In this document: positions 61,701 through 64,000 of the stretch, piece by piece
How the letters are laid out: each line of letters opens with the position of its first letter
Position numbering within the stretch: position 1 is the first letter of the stretch
Origin: Andalucia godoyi And28
Lineage: Eukaryota > Protista > Jakobida
Assembly: GCA_009859145.1 (NCBI GenBank)
Contig: VRVR01000021.1
Span: 259,656 to 323,655 of the forward strand
DNA: 64,000 bases
Reading direction: 5' to 3'
Translations under genes and position numbers: made by a program
Notes under the pieces: model-generated
Seen by the model: only the letters and a program-made list of their open reading frames with translations
What the model was told of the DNA's origin: nothing
The model's database searches: none

Positions 61701-62156
61701 GAAACGAGAGAAGAGGGCTTTTATGCAAACACTGCTGTGGTCGGACCAATTTGGAAGATCTGGAAGCAGCATCGAGACGTTTCGAATGCGCAAGCACGTT
61801 TTCGATTTTCTCGTCGCCAAACTCGTCGTGTGATTGAAAATCTTGAAACAGAAGAGAGCGCTGAATTCGATCTACGCGGGTTCAAAGACGGACAGGCGCA
61901 TGTGGCCATTCGAGAAGTTCTTCTGAATCGCTTGTTGAATGATATTGTGCCGTTCGTGAACGAAAAGCGGCTCTTCGAGCGCCCGAATGCTTATGCATGG
62001 TCCCTTCGCGACTTCCTCGCATGGTGCAGTCACCGCAAAGCAGCTGCAAAACCGAGTGTTGCTGCAGCCACAGCACAGCCTGCGGCTCGCCAGAATGCGT
62101 CTGTTCTTGCACCAACTGTCGTGGAAGACAACGGTATGTACTCGGACTCGGACTGA
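58788..62156 (+). CDS. Atypical Dicer-like RNase III protein (platform-like, connector-like, RNase III, degenerate RNase III, dsRBD-like)
   Basis: LLRRAFTHKSF; signature EQLEFLGDALL (60018-60050); SDCFEAFLAAVFLDSG; second degenerate copy RFRLVGQSLL...SQYEA; dsRBD-like FKSQVWIDGHEIASA...CERLAVQRGYAIL. Confidence 0.85.
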   Translation: MYSGGSGGGGGSSYGGYAASPSQTHKLHVYRTSFGTSAQLQIPLRDKFLRPHSSSYITGFCIVSHSPAFHVSDYALAPICHPEALEYPCSVTVDPCLVEGVLPQTTFRRCPWIRAHVDDAELESVVLTRDEVQVLVDFHNAWFVKLLSCSTGAHRLVSQHPLFMSVESASPFIGKPVVCPLVDGKLNVPAMAVLLGKGTEVSISRVARAFHPSQTVQSLSSQDAFSANDVDELASMHRILSQQEWTAFESVVRSCVLVPGRDTRSVYICKRFPDREHVSLSIGTTVVTPTPTLSSTSMSTSSITKTPVSTLNATQSREFHDHMDRVYVIPFPVELFKFSRALASILSRCTRSIHHFEAIQKQALSPFRIRFRDSNRYLLRRAFTHKSFISPSDRLLSADPMPGHQLERDYEQLEFLGDALLQLVLSDRVARLYQYLTSVKRERISDSFFYRWFKFYARNSTIEKAMITKFGWNPSTLLTIRGNHDDSRAVISDCFEAFLAAVFLDSGLAMDRVVYIVDNALLFSMDCDIVTDDRFRLDSTVWRSALADNRQSSMNVSIASSKMHSYLGSSSVTVDSLRPFLGETLMNRLSPTDAESLRPLLVECLAFNLPCYPHEKRTNDCLNDVRRAVLDPGDPVVPASFLRFRLVGQSLLRLSTVLWLFLGAFRGPIQAFANSGGSWADDESQVSEKTYIANRMYFYSHELRAKLNAALTEHRMWDHVTRTEDSYALFGKEWKQKFPAASSRNLSHLSGSQYEALYFCILAVWGGFFMHYDGVSDVANPVLSFSSATKQPACSVCNMPHSNLFACFMCKFFFSQRQGWAMALDYSESASKHATHILTQRFLPLGTIRGTTTNPVSRPSSYGFRQNSEHSSFKSQVWIDGHEIASAEDVHPLQCERLAVQRGYAILTFLRRLAYREYGRSSTRESTGLSANPHDVHDVPLFDSEEGGSSEDEGAEDAYARVMKHGQFEFDETREEGFYANTAVVGPIWKIWKQHRDVSNAQARFRFSRRQTRRVIENLETEESAEFDLRGFKDGQAHVAIREVLLNRLLNDIVPFVNEKRLFERPNAYAWSLRDFLAWCSHRKAAAKPSVAAATAQPAARQNASVLAPTVVEDNGMYSDSD

Positions 62157-62296
62157 TGCTTGCAGCACGGTGACGAAAATGGTCAAAGAAGAAGCGAAGT
62201 TTATAATGTATCGACATATTTCTCGCTGCCCTTTTTATTTTTTCCTTTCCCCTCTTTTCCTTTCGCGTGTGTATGATAAAGCCAGCGACAACGAAA

Positions 62297-62336
62297 AGAA
62301 ACGGAAAGAAACGGAAAGAAACGGAAAGAAACGGAA
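62297..62336 (+). repeat. (AGAAACGGAA)4 tandem repeat between convergent genes
   Basis: Read directly from the sequence. Confidence 0.9.
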
Positions 62337-62390
62337 AGGAAAATAAAATAACAACAACGACAACGACAACAACACCAGGCGCCAAAAAAA

Positions 62391-63947
62391 CTACCACAAC
62401 TTGGATCCTCCGGCACGTTCGAGCGTTCTCTTTGCGCGCATCGTTGTGCTGAGAGCATATGCCTCTTGTTCTCGTTCGCGATGTCTCTTTTCTGCAAGAT
62501 CTTGGAGAACCTGCTGTCTGGCCTCGTCTGGCAACACCGACAGATCTTCCTCGGAGAGGAACACACCTGGCGGCAAGTGCCCAACAAGCTTTTGTGCATA
62601 TTCGCGGAGCAGTCTTTGGCGTTCCTGCTGGATGATCTCCGCGCGCTCCTGTTCCTCTCTCTTTCTCGCAGCCTCGTCTTCTGCTTCTCGCCGTCTTTCG
62701 TCTGCCAGTCTTGCTCTTCGCTCCTCCAGCAACTGCTCGACCTGGTGCTTGTGCTCGATCTGCTTCTGTCGTCTCCTCTGTGCATTGAGCTGTTCGATGC
62801 GGTCGTCATCGGCAAACTTGGCCAACATCTGCTGCCGAAGCTTCTCTTCTTCTGCAGCCTCCGCCCGCAGCCTCTCGTCCTTGATGCGCTGTGCATGTGC
62901 ATATGCCGCCTGCATCTCAATCTTGAATCTTGCCATCCGCTCCCTGCGGTCGATCTCTGCCCTCCGCGCCGCTTCTTCGGCTTCCGCAATCTGCAGCTCG
63001 GTTCGCAGCATCTGCATCTCTTCTTCCTCGGCCCTAAGCCCCGCAAGATGTGCCGACTGCGCCTCTTGGATCCTCTGCATCTCGTCTCTGCGGGCCTGCT
63101 TCTGTGCAGCCTCTTCTGCCTCTTGCGCAGCCTTTGCGCGGAGATAGGCAGCCACTGCCTCGTCCTCGGCCCTCTGTCTCGCCAGCTCTCCAGCGCGCAT
63201 CTCGTTCCGCTCCCGCTGCTGATCTGCCATTGCATTTCGCATCATCAATCTTCGATCCGCATTTCTCGACGCCTCTGCAGCATCCTCGGCTGCCAACCGC
63301 GCCACCACCGCATCGACTGCCATCTTGTCTGCTGCAAACTCGGCCATTGCAGCCTGCAGTGCTCGCTCCTGCTGCTGATTGAGCTGCGCCTCCAATGCCT
63401 CTGCCTGCATACGCTTCTTCTCCGCCTCCAAATCTCTCCGGCGCTGTTTGTCCGCCTCGTACTCCGCCTGCATGCGCTTCCGTTCGGCCCCATCCACAAT
63501 CACCTCCTGCTTTATCGCATCAGTTGCAGCACGCTTCACTGCAATCTGCCGCGCCTGCTCCTGCTCCACCAGCGCCGCATCAAGCCGCGCACGCAGACTA
63601 CGCAACTCGGGCGCATCTGCCGCAATTTTGTGCACCAAAGCATCGCGCCGCATCGCTTCTGTTTTATGTGCCTCGAGCGCAGCGGCCAGAAGCGTTTCGC
63701 GCTCCCGTCTCTCTGCCTCAAACTGCGACAGCCGCTGGGACTCTTCATGTGCCGCAAGCTGGGCCGCAGATGCAGACTCCGCCGCCAATGCCCGCGAAAG
63801 ACGCATTTTCCGCACGCGGTCGTCCTGAGACGCAGACTCGTGTGCAAGTTGCAGCGAAGACAGATGCGACTGAAGCGTGTTGCGCGTGTCCTCCGCCTGC
63901 CGCCGCTGCGACATCACATACTCTTGGTGTCGACGAGAAGTAGCCAT
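62391..63947 (-). CDS. MNS1: Meiosis-specific nuclear structural protein 1-like (axonemal TPH coiled-coil)
   Basis: Long E/R/Q/A coiled coil; KFADDDRIEQLNAQRRRQKQIEHK; C-terminal LLREYAQKLVGHLPPGVF typical of MNS1. Confidence 0.85.
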   Translation of the reverse strand: MATSRRHQEYVMSQRRQAEDTRNTLQSHLSSLQLAHESASQDDRVRKMRLSRALAAESASAAQLAAHEESQRLSQFEAERRERETLLAAALEAHKTEAMRRDALVHKIAADAPELRSLRARLDAALVEQEQARQIAVKRAATDAIKQEVIVDGAERKRMQAEYEADKQRRRDLEAEKKRMQAEALEAQLNQQQERALQAAMAEFAADKMAVDAVVARLAAEDAAEASRNADRRLMMRNAMADQQRERNEMRAGELARQRAEDEAVAAYLRAKAAQEAEEAAQKQARRDEMQRIQEAQSAHLAGLRAEEEEMQMLRTELQIAEAEEAARRAEIDRRERMARFKIEMQAAYAHAQRIKDERLRAEAAEEEKLRQQMLAKFADDDRIEQLNAQRRRQKQIEHKHQVEQLLEERRARLADERRREAEDEAARKREEQERAEIIQQERQRLLREYAQKLVGHLPPGVFLSEEDLSVLPDEARQQVLQDLAEKRHREREQEAYALSTTMRAKRTLERAGGSKLW

Positions 63948-64000
63948 GATCAAACCGTCCCAGACAGAAACTTAACAGGAAAAGGAAAAGGAAAAGGAAA

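Noticed and set aside
62201-63382. Overlapping ORFs of 344, 248 and 110 aa across MNS1
   Set aside because: Alternative-frame and antisense shadows of a repetitive coiled-coil gene.
1-64000. CRISPR arrays or intact transposons
   Set aside because: No regularly spaced repeat-spacer arrays, transposase or reverse-transcriptase motifs, or long terminal/inverted repeats were seen.

Overview
Gene-dense, apparently intron-free eukaryotic (protist) nuclear DNA using the standard code. Flagellar genes (EFCAB2/DRC8-like, MNS1-like) indicate a flagellate; the species cannot be assigned from sequence alone. The window holds about 18 long ORFs: an ABCB half-transporter, gamma-glutamyltranspeptidase, RSL1D1, MED31, mitochondrial uS5, EFL (not canonical EF-1alpha), a Spp2/GPKOW-like G-patch protein, pescadillo, MNS1, several unknowns, an 8,193-aa single-ORF surface receptor, and an atypical Dicer-like RNase III. 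RNA genes are a dispersed 5S rRNA and two tRNA-Ala genes. The most unusual signals are: (1) a ~400-nt structured non-coding element present twice, 48.5 kb apart, with a 66-nt identical core and a compensatory hairpin change, one copy sitting directly upstream of the Dicer-like gene; (2) a tRNA-Ala with a bacterial-type GGC anticodon and A32-U38 pair in a eukaryote-type acceptor stem; (3) the Dicer-like protein, which lacks a helicase, has a degenerate PAZ and an apparently dead second RNase III domain; (4) the giant receptor with repeated NPxY-like tail motifs and a perfect 283-bp internal duplication; (5) a possible TnpB/Fanzor relic. All homology calls are by motif recognition, without database searches.
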